This document shows, one piece after another, positions 10,522 through 18,915 of a stretch of 64,000 nucleotides of DNA (its first letter is position 1; each line of letters begins with the position of its first letter). The stretch covers positions 11,170 through 75,169 of the IMG/VR virus record IMGVR_UViG_2914150438_000002. One strand, given 5' to 3'. The notes under the pieces were generated by a model. It had not been told where the DNA came from and did no database searches. It was given only the letters and a program-made list of their open reading frames with translations. The position numbers and the translations under genes were made by a program. This DNA is from a virus. Its lineage: Duplodnaviria > Caudoviricetes.

Positions 10522-10766
10522 TTTGGGGAAACGGTGAAATTAGCGCAATTTCGTTTCTCCGTTTCTCTGGGGAAACGGGGAAGCGGGGAAACGGGGAATA
10601 TTATTTTCCCTATCGCACCGTTAGTGGGGAAACGGGGAAACAGGGAGAGTATATATACCGTAGGTATATACTCCCGTTTCACCGATTCTCCACAGGTGCG
10701 AAAGGTGCGGTAGGCTCAAGGCAGTCTCCACCAAATTCACCGCTTCACTTCGGAGGTGCGCTATGA
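10518..10766 (+). CDS. Small hypothetical ORF spanning the repeat region
   Basis: GGAGGTGCGCTATG start, coupled to both neighbours; the peptide is dominated by the repeat sequence. Confidence 0.3.
   Translation: MIWGNGEISAISFLRFSGETGKRGNGEYYFPYRTVSGETGKQGEYIYRRYILPFHRFSTGAKGAVGSRQSPPNSPLHFGGAL
10525..10684. repeat. GGGGAAACGG iteron-like repeats and palindrome; candidate replication origin
   Basis: GGGGAAACGG at 10525, 10569, 10585 and 10626 (variant at 10634); inverted near-copies (CGTTTC); hairpin TATATACC-GTA-GGTATATA at 10652-10670. Confidence 0.6.
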
Positions 10767-11287
10767 GCAACTACGAGGACGAATACCAGAAGTGGGTCTC
10801 GAGCTTATCTCCCAAAGAAAGAGCCAAGCTCGTGGCTCAGGGCCTCGACAAGCCGCTTATGGACGACTACAAGCTCGGCACACCTGACTCCGAAGTGGCG
10901 TTTGCGACTATCGGCGAGGAATTCGACTACGACCAGTTCGACAAGGAAGAGCCAATTTCGGAAACTCAGGTTGACGACAAGGCGAAAGCGTATGGTTCGC
11001 TGTTGCTATGTTGGGTGTTTCAACGGCTTCAAAGCAATCATTCCGAAAAGAATTCCACTCTTGAGCGGGATACCTTGCTGTTTGCTCTTGGGCTTGAGAA
11101 CCTTCTCGTTCTGAAAACGCAGACTGCAATCGCCAAGCGGTACGGCATCACTCGCGCGGGCGTATCCTCCAGAGTGAAAGCTTGGCAAAAGCTTCTCAAG
11201 ATAAAGCCGTCAGCCCTTATGAAATCCGAAACGGCGTGCAAGTCTTACCGAAAGGCTCGCCTCGCCAATTTGACAAAGCAACGATAG
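10763..11287 (+). CDS. Hypothetical phage protein with C-terminal HTH
   Basis: TQTAIAKRYGITRAGVSSRVKAW is an HTH pattern; GGAGG ribosome-binding site. Confidence 0.65.
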   Translation: MSNYEDEYQKWVSSLSPKERAKLVAQGLDKPLMDDYKLGTPDSEVAFATIGEEFDYDQFDKEEPISETQVDDKAKAYGSLLLCWVFQRLQSNHSEKNSTLERDTLLFALGLENLLVLKTQTAIAKRYGITRAGVSSRVKAWQKLLKIKPSALMKSETACKSYRKARLANLTKQR

Positions 11288-11289
11288 GT

Positions 11290-11928
11290 ATGGAACAGGA
11301 AACTTCTATCGAAAAATCAGAAATGCCTACCGAGCTTTCCTTGGCGATTGCTCGCATTAACGAACTGCACGCTCAAGCTGAGGAATTAGCCCAAAAAGCA
11401 AAGGAAGTAGCAAGCAAGACAATCGAGATTGCTATCGAATGCGGTAAGCTTCTCATTGAGCAAAAGGCAAAAGTCGGGCACGGGAATTGGGAAAAATGGT
11501 GTAGAGACAATTTAATTTTCGATATACGAACAGCTCAACGCTATATGGGGCTTTTTCGTAAAACTCGTGAAATAGAAAATAGCACCAACTCTGAAACTCT
11601 AAATGATAGTAGCGTTAGTCCAAAAACGACACAAAATCAAAATGTGTCGTTTTTGGAAATAGCCAAACCCAAGAATATTCGCCAAGCTTATATCGCGACA
11701 GGTATTCTGCCCGAAACGCCAAAGCCTGACCCAGAGGATAAAATCGAGCCTCTTGTTGTCCACGTCAGGCACATCGATTTCATTGTGAAGTGGTATCGCG
11801 ACACGGTTGAGAATAAGCCCGCCAAAGACTGGAAGTTCATAGAGCGCGAGGCCCTCATAAACGACCTGACGCCTCTAATGGAAATCTACAACGAGCTGAT
11901 AGAACTCCAAGAGAATTGCAAGCAGTAG
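11290..11928 (+). CDS. DUF3102-domain protein
   Basis: IECGKLLIEQKAKVGHGNWEKWCRDNL...RTAQRYM matches the DUF3102 pattern. Confidence 0.75.
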   Translation: MEQETSIEKSEMPTELSLAIARINELHAQAEELAQKAKEVASKTIEIAIECGKLLIEQKAKVGHGNWEKWCRDNLIFDIRTAQRYMGLFRKTREIENSTNSETLNDSSVSPKTTQNQNVSFLEIAKPKNIRQAYIATGILPETPKPDPEDKIEPLVVHVRHIDFIVKWYRDTVENKPAKDWKFIEREALINDLTPLMEIYNELIELQENCKQ

Positions 11929-11933
11929 GTTTA

Positions 11934-12087
11934 TGCAGGGTGGTCTAACGGTAAGACGCAAGGTTGACTCGCCTTTGCATACGCAAAGCGTCTCGCCCTT
12001 CGGGTCTTTTGCCTTTGGCAAAATCTCATTCGCGCTTTGCTTGAATTCATAACCTTGAGATTGGCGGTTCGAGTCCGCTCCCTGCAC
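11934..12087 (+). tRNA. tRNA-Met(CAT)-like gene (Met/fMet/Ile2 unresolved) interrupted by an 82-nt insertion in the anticodon loop
   Basis: Removing the insert gives a 72-nt cloverleaf: acceptor TGCAGGG/CCCTGCA, D stem GTCT/AGAC, anticodon arm CAAGG-TTCATAA-CCTTG, T arm GGCGG-TTCGAGT-CCGCT. No encoded CCA. Confidence 0.85.
11964..12047. repeat. Multi-hairpin mini-element, copy 1 (inside the tRNA)
   Basis: TT-GACTCGC...TCTCGCCCTTCGGGTC...TCTCATTCGC...TTGAA-TT, shared with copies at 13904 and 28472. Confidence 0.9.
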
Positions 12088-12093
12088 GCATAA

Positions 12094-12417
12094 CTACTTT
12101 TTGACAGCTTTATAAACGTACACAAAATTGCTTTCTACTTTTTCTGCAAAAGATTCTTGTAATGAGGTAGCAATTTTCGCTGGTTTTAAATCATCTGCAT
12201 GTATTGAGAACCCATGTTCTTCTAGTTTCTTTTCTATATTCCTTGCAACTTCTTCATCTGAACACCTCCAATACTTAAAGTGTTTACATGTTATCCCCTT
12301 TTCTCTTTCATGTTCGCTTTTCCTTCTATCGGGATCGTTTGATATTCCAGCATACCAATGATGATTCGTCTGGAAATTAGGATCAATTTGACGTACATAG
12401 TCTATTATTTTTTGCAT
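12094..12417 (-). CDS. AT-rich accessory gene, GIY-YIG-like nuclease fold
   Basis: WYAGISNDPDRRKSEH resembles the GIY-YIG Y-x-G...R motif; opposite orientation and AT-rich relative to the flanking genes. Confidence 0.5.
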   Translation of the reverse strand: MQKIIDYVRQIDPNFQTNHHWYAGISNDPDRRKSEHEREKGITCKHFKYWRCSDEEVARNIEKKLEEHGFSIHADDLKPAKIATSLQESFAEKVESNFVYVYKAVKK

Positions 12418-12576
12418 AATTAACAAACCTTCTAGCTTTTTTAAGATTTTAACCATAGATTCAAGTTTAAAAATTTAACATCTGAATGCAAGTATTTTTT
12501 AAGGAATCTATTAACCAACGACATACGGCAGGGACGTTCGGCAGACCCGTTTCTTCTTGCGAATGGCATTTTTGAA

Positions 12577-12679
12577 AAGTTCCACATAAAAGTATAAATG
12601 AGACCCGCAAACCCTCTATTTTGCTAAGATTGGGGGGCTTTTTTATAAGTGGAACTTTGGTGGAACTTATGTGGAACTT
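12577..12679. promoter_or_regulatory. GTGGAACTT repeats upstream of terS; candidate cos/pac terminase-binding region
   Basis: GTGGAACTT at 12649, 12660 and 12671 (11-bp period) plus an inverted copy at 12577-12585. Confidence 0.6.
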
Positions 12680-12700
12680 TTGACAACTTCCGCTTTTTAT

Positions 12701-13315
12701 ATGGAAGAAAACATCGGACAAAAGATATTAAGCAAAGACCTTGAAAATATAGTAAAAAAGGTCGCTTCGGGAAAGACTCTTACGAGTACGGAACGCGCCA
12801 TAGTGGAAAAGGCTTATGGCCAAAAAGAAGAATCTGTGAAGTATGCCGAAACTACAACCGAGCTTGCGGATATTCTCGGTGTAGCAAGACAGACCATAAA
12901 TAAATGGCGAAAAATAAAAGGTTCTCCCAAACCTTATTCTAACGGCAAGCACAGTGTGTCAAAGTGGCGGGATTTTGTAAGAAAACACGATTTAAAAGAG
13001 TCGGACTCTCCCGAAGACGAGGAGTTAAAGACCCGCAAGCTATTGGCGGAGGTAAAGCAAGCGGAAATCAAACTCAAGGTAATGGAAGGAACGTATGTTG
13101 CCATTGAGAAGGTTCGCGAAGTATGGACTGCCCATATAGGACAAGTACGGCAAATCTTGGAAAGCAGATTTTTAAACGAGCTTCCGCCAATTCTTACAAC
13201 CCTCGATGCCGTACAAATTCGGGAGAAATTGCAGGAGGTACTCGACGAGACTTACAAGGCAATCTCTATCGCCGCAGACTCGATAAAAGAGCCTGTGGAG
13301 GTCGAGGATTCTTAG
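12701..13315 (+). CDS. terS: Terminase small subunit (lambda Nu1-like)
   Basis: wHTH TTTELADILGVARQTINKWRK, then coiled coil RKLLAEVKQAEIKLKVMEGTYV, as in Nu1-type proteins. Confidence 0.75.
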   Translation: MEENIGQKILSKDLENIVKKVASGKTLTSTERAIVEKAYGQKEESVKYAETTTELADILGVARQTINKWRKIKGSPKPYSNGKHSVSKWRDFVRKHDLKESDSPEDEELKTRKLLAEVKQAEIKLKVMEGTYVAIEKVREVWTAHIGQVRQILESRFLNELPPILTTLDAVQIREKLQEVLDETYKAISIAADSIKEPVEVEDS

Positions 13316-13599
13316 TAGTCCTCTGGAAAAAGCAGAGTGGTTGCGCTTCTGTCCCACTCGGTTATTATCCAAATCCTTCTGCCATCTGGGAGTTTGTATT
13401 CGGAGAGCAGCCTTTCGCCGTTTTTGAGAGCCTCATCATTGCTCTTCCAGTCTTCCTTGCATACATCGCCCCAATCTCCATTTGCGTAGCGGATAAGATA
13501 AGGAAGCATTGAAAATCCCTTCTTTTCGCAGTAGTTTGCAAGCGTCGTGGTTGCAACTACCCGCCCGAAGTCGAATTTGCTTTCTATTATTGTTTCCAT
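13312..13599 (-). CDS. Conserved small phage/plasmid hypothetical protein
   Basis: GDWGDV...NDEALKNGERLLSEY...IWIITEWDRSATTLLFPEDY is a recurrent mobile-element family signature. Confidence 0.8.
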   Translation of the reverse strand: METIIESKFDFGRVVATTTLANYCEKKGFSMLPYLIRYANGDWGDVCKEDWKSNDEALKNGERLLSEYKLPDGRRIWIITEWDRSATTLLFPEDY

Positions 13600-13600
13600 A

Positions 13601-14356
13601 TTATGCCTTTATTGCTTGGTTAATTTGAAGTGTTGCGCCTTTCTCTCTCCCCGCACGGTAAGATGTTGCGTCCATTCTCGTACCCTGCCTTCTCCGTGAT
13701 TCTCCTATCACTCTGAAAGTGTTTTTGATATAAACCTCCAGCTCATGTTCATTGTTTGATAAGGCCAGTTCATAGTTTTGGCGGGATTCTTCCCCCTCTC
13801 CAGAAAGCGTATCTTTTTCGGCTTGCTCCATTCGCTCGTATATTCCGCACCTAAGCCCGAAGTAGTAATCTGCCTTGTTTGGCCTAAAGCAGGTATTTTT
13901 AAATTGACTCGCGTGCTTCGCACCGTCTCGCCCTTCGGGTCTTTCGGCTTGCGCCGAAATCTCATTCGCACTTCGTTTGAATTCATTCCAACATTTGAAG
14001 AATACGTTTCTTAGATAGCCGTGGACGTATTTTGCGATTTCAATATTTTCGGAAGTCCCAATAACCACCATTCCAGAATTTCCGTTATATAAGATTTTCA
14101 CCTTGTAAAACCTGCAAAGTATTGCGGTTATTTCCGTGTCGGCAGGATTGAGAACCGCCCTTGAGAAGAAGTATTCGTGTTTTATCTTTGATGCGGGAGT
14201 ATCGTTTTCGATATTCGCCATAGTGATATTGTATTTTGTCATAAGCCGTTGAGCCATTTCCATTGCTCTTTCGGCTTCCGCCTTACTTGCTCCCTTATCC
14301 TTGGAGAGAGTTAGAAGCTTTTGTATTCGTTTTAGGATTGATTTTTCAGTGTCCAT
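13601..14356 (-). CDS. DUF2786-domain protein carrying a 26-aa in-frame mini-element insertion
   Basis: ILKRIQKLLTLS...EAERAMEMAQRLMTKYNI is the DUF2786 pattern; residues KRSANEISAQAERPEGRDGAKHASQF derive from the repeat copy at 13904-13983. Confidence 0.8.
   Translation of the reverse strand: MDTEKSILKRIQKLLTLSKDKGASKAEAERAMEMAQRLMTKYNITMANIENDTPASKIKHEYFFSRAVLNPADTEITAILCRFYKVKILYNGNSGMVVIGTSENIEIAKYVHGYLRNVFFKCWNEFKRSANEISAQAERPEGRDGAKHASQFKNTCFRPNKADYYFGLRCGIYERMEQAEKDTLSGEGEESRQNYELALSNNEHELEVYIKNTFRVIGESRRRQGTRMDATSYRAGREKGATLQINQAIKA
13904..13983. repeat. Multi-hairpin mini-element, copy 3 (in frame inside a CDS)
   Basis: Same GACTCGC / TCTCGCCCTTCGGGTC / TCTCATTCGC / TTGAATT frame with different but still pairing stems; net +78 nt. 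Confidence 0.88.
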
Positions 14357-14366
14357 ATTCTGCTAT

Positions 14367-14648
14367 TTATAATTCCCAAGTGGCTATTATTACGTTTCCG
14401 CATTCATCTATGCGGGGAGAAGTTTTAAAAAATTCTTCGGTTATGTTGTTTAAAGTCATCTGGAGGTTTTGGTCTCGCTCGGTATTGGAGTCGAAGTACG
14501 AAATATCCAAATTTAGATTTGTATTTAATGTCCAAGCCTTGCCATAGAGCACGTCGTTGTGAACATTCTCCAATCCGTAATGTTCCAAAACTTGTATCGC
14601 CATAGCGTGTTCAGCTTTCCAGAATTGTATTTTTAGTTTCTTATTCAT
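14367..14648 (-). CDS. Hypothetical protein
   Basis: 93-aa ORF with AAGGA ribosome-binding site; first gene of a leftward three-gene block. Confidence 0.6.
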   Translation of the reverse strand: MNKKLKIQFWKAEHAMAIQVLEHYGLENVHNDVLYGKAWTLNTNLNLDISYFDSNTERDQNLQMTLNNITEEFFKTSPRIDECGNVIIATWEL

Positions 14649-14688
14649 ATTTTGTCCTTTAGGTGTTTATCGTTCTTCTATGTCATTG

Positions 14689-14717
14689 ATATTAACACAC
14701 TTGGATAATATTTGCAA
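14689..14717 (-). promoter_or_regulatory. Putative sigma70 promoter for the leftward block
   Basis: Minus-strand TTGCAA-N17-TAATAT. Confidence 0.4.
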
Positions 14718-14982
14718 TGTTTTTCTTTGGTTTTTTATGAAAAAAAGATAAAAAATAATCTTGAAATTTCCGTACAGAACACCTTCGCAAAATGATACCT
14801 TTCAACCTATTGCAAGTGGCTGCATTCACCCATTTTCTGCGAGGTGTTAGCACAAAAAATGCAAGAAAAATCGTAATATTTTTGAATAATAAAAACGAAA
14901 AAAACCTAATATAAATGTTGCAGATTTTATCGAATTATGGTAATATAAACGACATAGGAGAACCAAAATAAAAGGAAAAAAA

Positions 14983-15540
14983 ATGAAAACTATAACAATA
15001 ACAGAAGAACAGGTCAAACAATACAAATTACCCGCCAAAGCTGTGGGCGATTGGTCAATCGTTGAAAAAGGCGATGGATACAGTCTCCTACACCGTTTAA
15101 AAAAGGACGGGACTTTGGGTAGTGATAGACCTAATAATAAAATCAAAATAGACTCGGAAGTTTTAAATAAGCTCTCCGCTTCGGATACAAAGGCAATAAC
15201 AGGAAAGACTGAAAACGGAGAAACTGTTGTAATAGCCAAGACCAAGCATATTGATAACGAGCCTAAAGCCGATAAGCCGACCGAGAGCAACGTTGCAATG
15301 GGTGATGAAGAAATGGCCATAGGCACCCGAAAATCGAGGTGGATAGCGCAACTTGTGGAGCAAATGAAGACGGAACCGTTTACCGCAGGATTGCTTGAGA
15401 AAATGGGAGATTCTGAATTTGTGAAGCAGGTTCTTGAGGATACAAATCCAGAACGCCAAGGTGGAAAAGCTTATAGCTCGATAAGTTCGGCTATGAGAGT
15501 ATGGAATAACCGCATAAGGAGGGGTGAATATGCCTACTAA
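14983..15540 (+). CDS. Hypothetical protein
   Basis: 185-aa ORF with AAGGA ribosome-binding site after an AT-rich intergenic region. Confidence 0.65.
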   Translation: MKTITITEEQVKQYKLPAKAVGDWSIVEKGDGYSLLHRLKKDGTLGSDRPNNKIKIDSEVLNKLSASDTKAITGKTENGETVVIAKTKHIDNEPKADKPTESNVAMGDEEMAIGTRKSRWIAQLVEQMKTEPFTAGLLEKMGDSEFVKQVLEDTNPERQGGKAYSSISSAMRVWNNRIRRGEYAY

Positions 15541-15880
15541 TAAATTCTACCACATACTCTGTACAAGCGGAGACAAGGTGGTTTACGAAGGTAGGTTTCA
15601 ATGCGTTTCGCGTTCGGCGGCAATGAAACTTCTAAGGGAGAAGGTAGGCCGCCAGAACCTCTATGGCTTAATTTACACAGTGACGGAAATCCCGATAGAG
15701 GTTTTAAGGGAGATAGTTGATGCGCTAATAAAAAAGAAACCGATAACCGAAGGCGATATATGTTCCTATAAGGAGACGCCGACTATAAGCCCTACATATG
15801 CAAAGATAAACTCCTATAAGCGTAATCCAAATAAGCCCCAAGGAGTAAACGGAGTAAAACGCAGACTGGGAGATTTCTAA
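15530..15880 (+). CDS. Hypothetical protein
   Basis: ORF with GGAGG ribosome-binding site, coupled to both neighbours. Confidence 0.6.
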   Translation: MPTNKFYHILCTSGDKVVYEGRFQCVSRSAAMKLLREKVGRQNLYGLIYTVTEIPIEVLREIVDALIKKKPITEGDICSYKETPTISPTYAKINSYKRNPNKPQGVNGVKRRLGDF

Positions 15881-16302
15881 TGATATACCTGCTTGACCTA
15901 AATTATACGCTCGTGGACAAGGAAAAGGACGCACCAAGAATTCGTCCTATGGAACTTCAAATAGAGCTTGAGACCTACCGCCAATGGCTGATTGATATGT
16001 TAAAAGGTAAATATGTGATTCTCACTACGGCACGAATGCAAAAATACGAGATATTTACCCTAAATCGAATATACACTAAGACGAATTGGCTGCCCAATGA
16101 GAGCTTTTTTTCTATCTTTAGGCATTTGCCTCACATAAAAAAGGAGTGGATACTGAAATGGCGAATATTTCCAAAACACGGAAATAATCCCGAACAATTC
16201 TTCGCAATAGAGAGCAATCCCAAAACCAGAGCTATGTACGCCAAGTATGGGATAAAATCGGCTCCCGCGATAGACGATTTCGGCAACAGAATTTCAATAT
16301 AG
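15880..16302 (+). CDS. HAD-fold (PNK 3'-phosphatase-like) protein, paralog 1
   Basis: DLNYTL (motif I variant), TTAR (II), IKKE (III), IESN (IV variant). Confidence 0.65.
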   Translation: MIYLLDLNYTLVDKEKDAPRIRPMELQIELETYRQWLIDMLKGKYVILTTARMQKYEIFTLNRIYTKTNWLPNESFFSIFRHLPHIKKEWILKWRIFPKHGNNPEQFFAIESNPKTRAMYAKYGIKSAPAIDDFGNRISI

Positions 16303-16327
16303 GATTTTGACAAAATAGTCTGTCTAT

Positions 16328-16969
16328 ATGGCAGACGAAAATAAGGCACGAATTTTAGCGGACGGAATTGAAGTATGGTGCGCATACGATAAGCTCGTAA
16401 AAGTTGAAGAACTTATCCCGCACCCAAAAAATCCGAATACGCACCCGCAGAATCAGATTAAAATCCTTGCGCAGAACATACGTTATCACGGTTGGCGACA
16501 CTCGATTGTAGTTTCAAAGCTAAGCGGTTATATTGTGGCGGGGCATGGTCGCTTGGAAGCGGCAAGAGAACTTGGCGTTAGTATAGTGCCGGTCGAATAT
16601 CAAGACTTTGCCACCGAAGATAACGAGCTTGCAGTACTTGTGGGAGACAATCGACTTGCAGAGCTTTCCACGCTCGATTTAAACGGCTTGCAAGATATTA
16701 TAGACGGATTCAAGGAAACAAATTTTGACACAATTCTTGCGGGCTTTGAGCCGACAGACCTTGACGCCCTTTTGGGCGAACAAAAGCCCGATTTTGGGGA
16801 CGAAAAAGAAAAGGAGCTGTCGCAGTCGGAAGTAACGATTCAGGCGGGAAACTACCGCTTCAGAATGTCGCAGGAAGACTTCGGCATTTGGATAGACAAG
16901 CTCAAGCAGGAAGTAGGCTTCGACAAGGAAGCGGTAATCGCTGAAATCCGCAGGAGACTTGCAATATGA
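16328..16969 (+). CDS. ParB/Srx N-terminal domain protein
   Basis: LIPHPKNPNTH...GWRHSIVV...IVAGHGRLEAA...GDNR. Confidence 0.85.
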   Translation: MADENKARILADGIEVWCAYDKLVKVEELIPHPKNPNTHPQNQIKILAQNIRYHGWRHSIVVSKLSGYIVAGHGRLEAARELGVSIVPVEYQDFATEDNELAVLVGDNRLAELSTLDLNGLQDIIDGFKETNFDTILAGFEPTDLDALLGEQKPDFGDEKEKELSQSEVTIQAGNYRFRMSQEDFGIWIDKLKQEVGFDKEAVIAEIRRRLAI

Positions 16970-18477
16970 TAAAGATTGAACCGATTTCCGCCGTAAATCC
17001 CTCAACCTACAATCCGAGAACCGCAGACCCGAAGCGGCTCAATTTGATAGAACTTTCACTCCGCAAGCTCGGCTTTATCGCTCCGATTTATGCCGACGCC
17101 AACGGAGAAATCCTCTCAGGGCACCAGAGGCATTTTGTAGCAACTCGAATGGGATTAAAGAATGTGCCTGTCTTTAGAATTCCCGCAATGGAATTACAAA
17201 AGCGCAAAGCTTTGAACATCGTATTTAATCGGGCTACAAATGACGGAGATATTTGCCAAACACCTTTAAAGGCTAAGCGCATACTGGAAACTCTAAATCT
17301 TTCGGAACTCGCCAATAGTATTTCAGATAAGGAGTTGGAAAGCAAAGAGTTCTTCCGTTGCGCTTATCCTTGCAAGGTGTCTGTAGCTAAACTTTGCAAA
17401 ATAAATTCTGGGAGGTGGATTCAATATGCAAAGAGCATTGCAAGAACTCTGCGCAAGGCGGGAATTATCATGCCTATCGTTTGCACACCCGACGAAAAGG
17501 TTATAAATGGCATAGGCAGACTTGAAATGCTTGCGGAATTAAAAGCCGATACGTGCGAAGTAGTTTATATATCGGAAGATGAAGCAAAGTTTGCAGATGC
17601 TATGATGAATCTGCTGACAATGGATTTTAATATCCACGAGAGATATGAAGACTTGCTAAGGTATAACTCGTTTCGACGAGCCCGCAGAGTCCGCGAGGAA
17701 TTGGGACACGGATTTGTATTCGCCGTTCACGGAAAGAATCCTTGCCACACCTTTGATATATTTAACCCCGCGCAACAGGCTAAATGGAGAAAAGAGCACG
17801 GAAATACAGTTCTTGATTTCGGCGCAGGACACCTTACTGAGACGAATATATTAAATGCCGCAGGATTTGATTGTACCCCTTTTGAACCCTATCATATCGG
17901 AGTTTCGGAGATAGACAAAGGTAAGTCTTTGGAAATCTCAAAGAAGTTTTTAGAGGTTGTGGCAAGCGGTAAGGAGTTTGCGAGCGTATTTATTTCGAGC
18001 GTGCTTAATTCCGTGCCTTTTGCGAAGGATAGAGAGCATATCGTTTGTATTTGCGCTGCCTTGTGTAGGCCATTTACAAAGCTTTACGCTTGCGCCTCAA
18101 GCACATCGGAAACTGGATATAGGCAAGTAAATGGCAAAGCCTTCCACAATGAAAGCAATGCGGGAAATATAGCCTTTCGCTTAGAATATGAGTCAGGCAT
18201 TCGTATTGGAGACTTTCAAGACAAGCCAAAGGTCCAAAAATACCACACTAAAAAGGAATTTTACGACTTGTTTTATCAGTTTTTTAGGAATGTAAAAATA
18301 TCGGAGATGAGCGGCAATGTCTGCGCAAAGTGCGAAAACGTTAGGCGCATTCCGTGGGAACGCATAGAGGAAGCCTTGCGTTTTGAGTTTGACTTGCCTT
18401 ACCCTGACGGTAGCCGTATGGGATTGGTTGAGGAAGCAATCACCGCATTTAAACGTCGCTATGAAATATTTGGTTGA
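16966..18477 (+). CDS. Tandem ParB-like domains fused to a class I SAM methyltransferase
   Basis: YNPR...ILSGHQR and VINGIGRL (two ParB-like cores); VLDFGAG (SAM motif I); SVLNSVPF. Confidence 0.75.
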   Translation: MIKIEPISAVNPSTYNPRTADPKRLNLIELSLRKLGFIAPIYADANGEILSGHQRHFVATRMGLKNVPVFRIPAMELQKRKALNIVFNRATNDGDICQTPLKAKRILETLNLSELANSISDKELESKEFFRCAYPCKVSVAKLCKINSGRWIQYAKSIARTLRKAGIIMPIVCTPDEKVINGIGRLEMLAELKADTCEVVYISEDEAKFADAMMNLLTMDFNIHERYEDLLRYNSFRRARRVREELGHGFVFAVHGKNPCHTFDIFNPAQQAKWRKEHGNTVLDFGAGHLTETNILNAAGFDCTPFEPYHIGVSEIDKGKSLEISKKFLEVVASGKEFASVFISSVLNSVPFAKDREHIVCICAALCRPFTKLYACASSTSETGYRQVNGKAFHNESNAGNIAFRLEYESGIRIGDFQDKPKVQKYHTKKEFYDLFYQFFRNVKISEMSGNVCAKCENVRRIPWERIEEALRFEFDLPYPDGSRMGLVEEAITAFKRRYEIFG

Positions 18478-18880
18478 TCTGAACTACACGCTTGTGGGCA
18501 ACTCCCCCAAATGGGGAGAGCCGCGCATTACGCCGTTTTCAAGGCAGATTGAGCAGGAGACATATCGCCAGTGGCTTGTGGACTTTCTGAGGGACAAGTA
18601 CGCAATTCTCATTACGGCACGTCCTGCCCGATATAGAGAACAAACCCTTGAAAGGATATTGTCGCAGACTGGTTGGCAACCGCAGGAAGCTTATTTCGCT
18701 GAAATTTCCGCACCGCCGCCAGAAATCAAGGAACATCTGCTTTTAAATTACATTTTCCCGAAACACGGCAGAAATGGCGATGATTTCTTCGGGATAGAAA
18801 GTAATCCAAAAACAAGGGATATGTACGCTTATTATGATATTAAGTCTTTAAATGCGGAAGCCTTTAAAATGGCAATCTGA
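18461..18880 (+). CDS. HAD-fold (PNK 3'-phosphatase-like) protein, paralog 2
   Basis: DLNYTL, ETYRQWL, ITAR, IFPKHG and IESNPKTR are all shared with 15880-16302. Confidence 0.65.
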   Translation: MKYLVDLNYTLVGNSPKWGEPRITPFSRQIEQETYRQWLVDFLRDKYAILITARPARYREQTLERILSQTGWQPQEAYFAEISAPPPEIKEHLLLNYIFPKHGRNGDDFFGIESNPKTRDMYAYYDIKSLNAEAFKMAI

Positions 18881-18915
18881 TGATAATTAGTTTTTTTGAC
18901 ACCTTGTCGTCTTGT

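Noticed and set aside
11964-12047. Group I or bulge-helix-bulge intron in the tRNA
   Set aside because: At 82 nt it is too short for a group I core, no BHB motif is visible, and the sequence is a copy of a dispersed repeat.
11875-12125. Short minus-strand ORFs over the tRNA (11875-12087, 11931-12125)
   Set aside because: Antisense to a well-formed tRNA and repeat; no coding signature.
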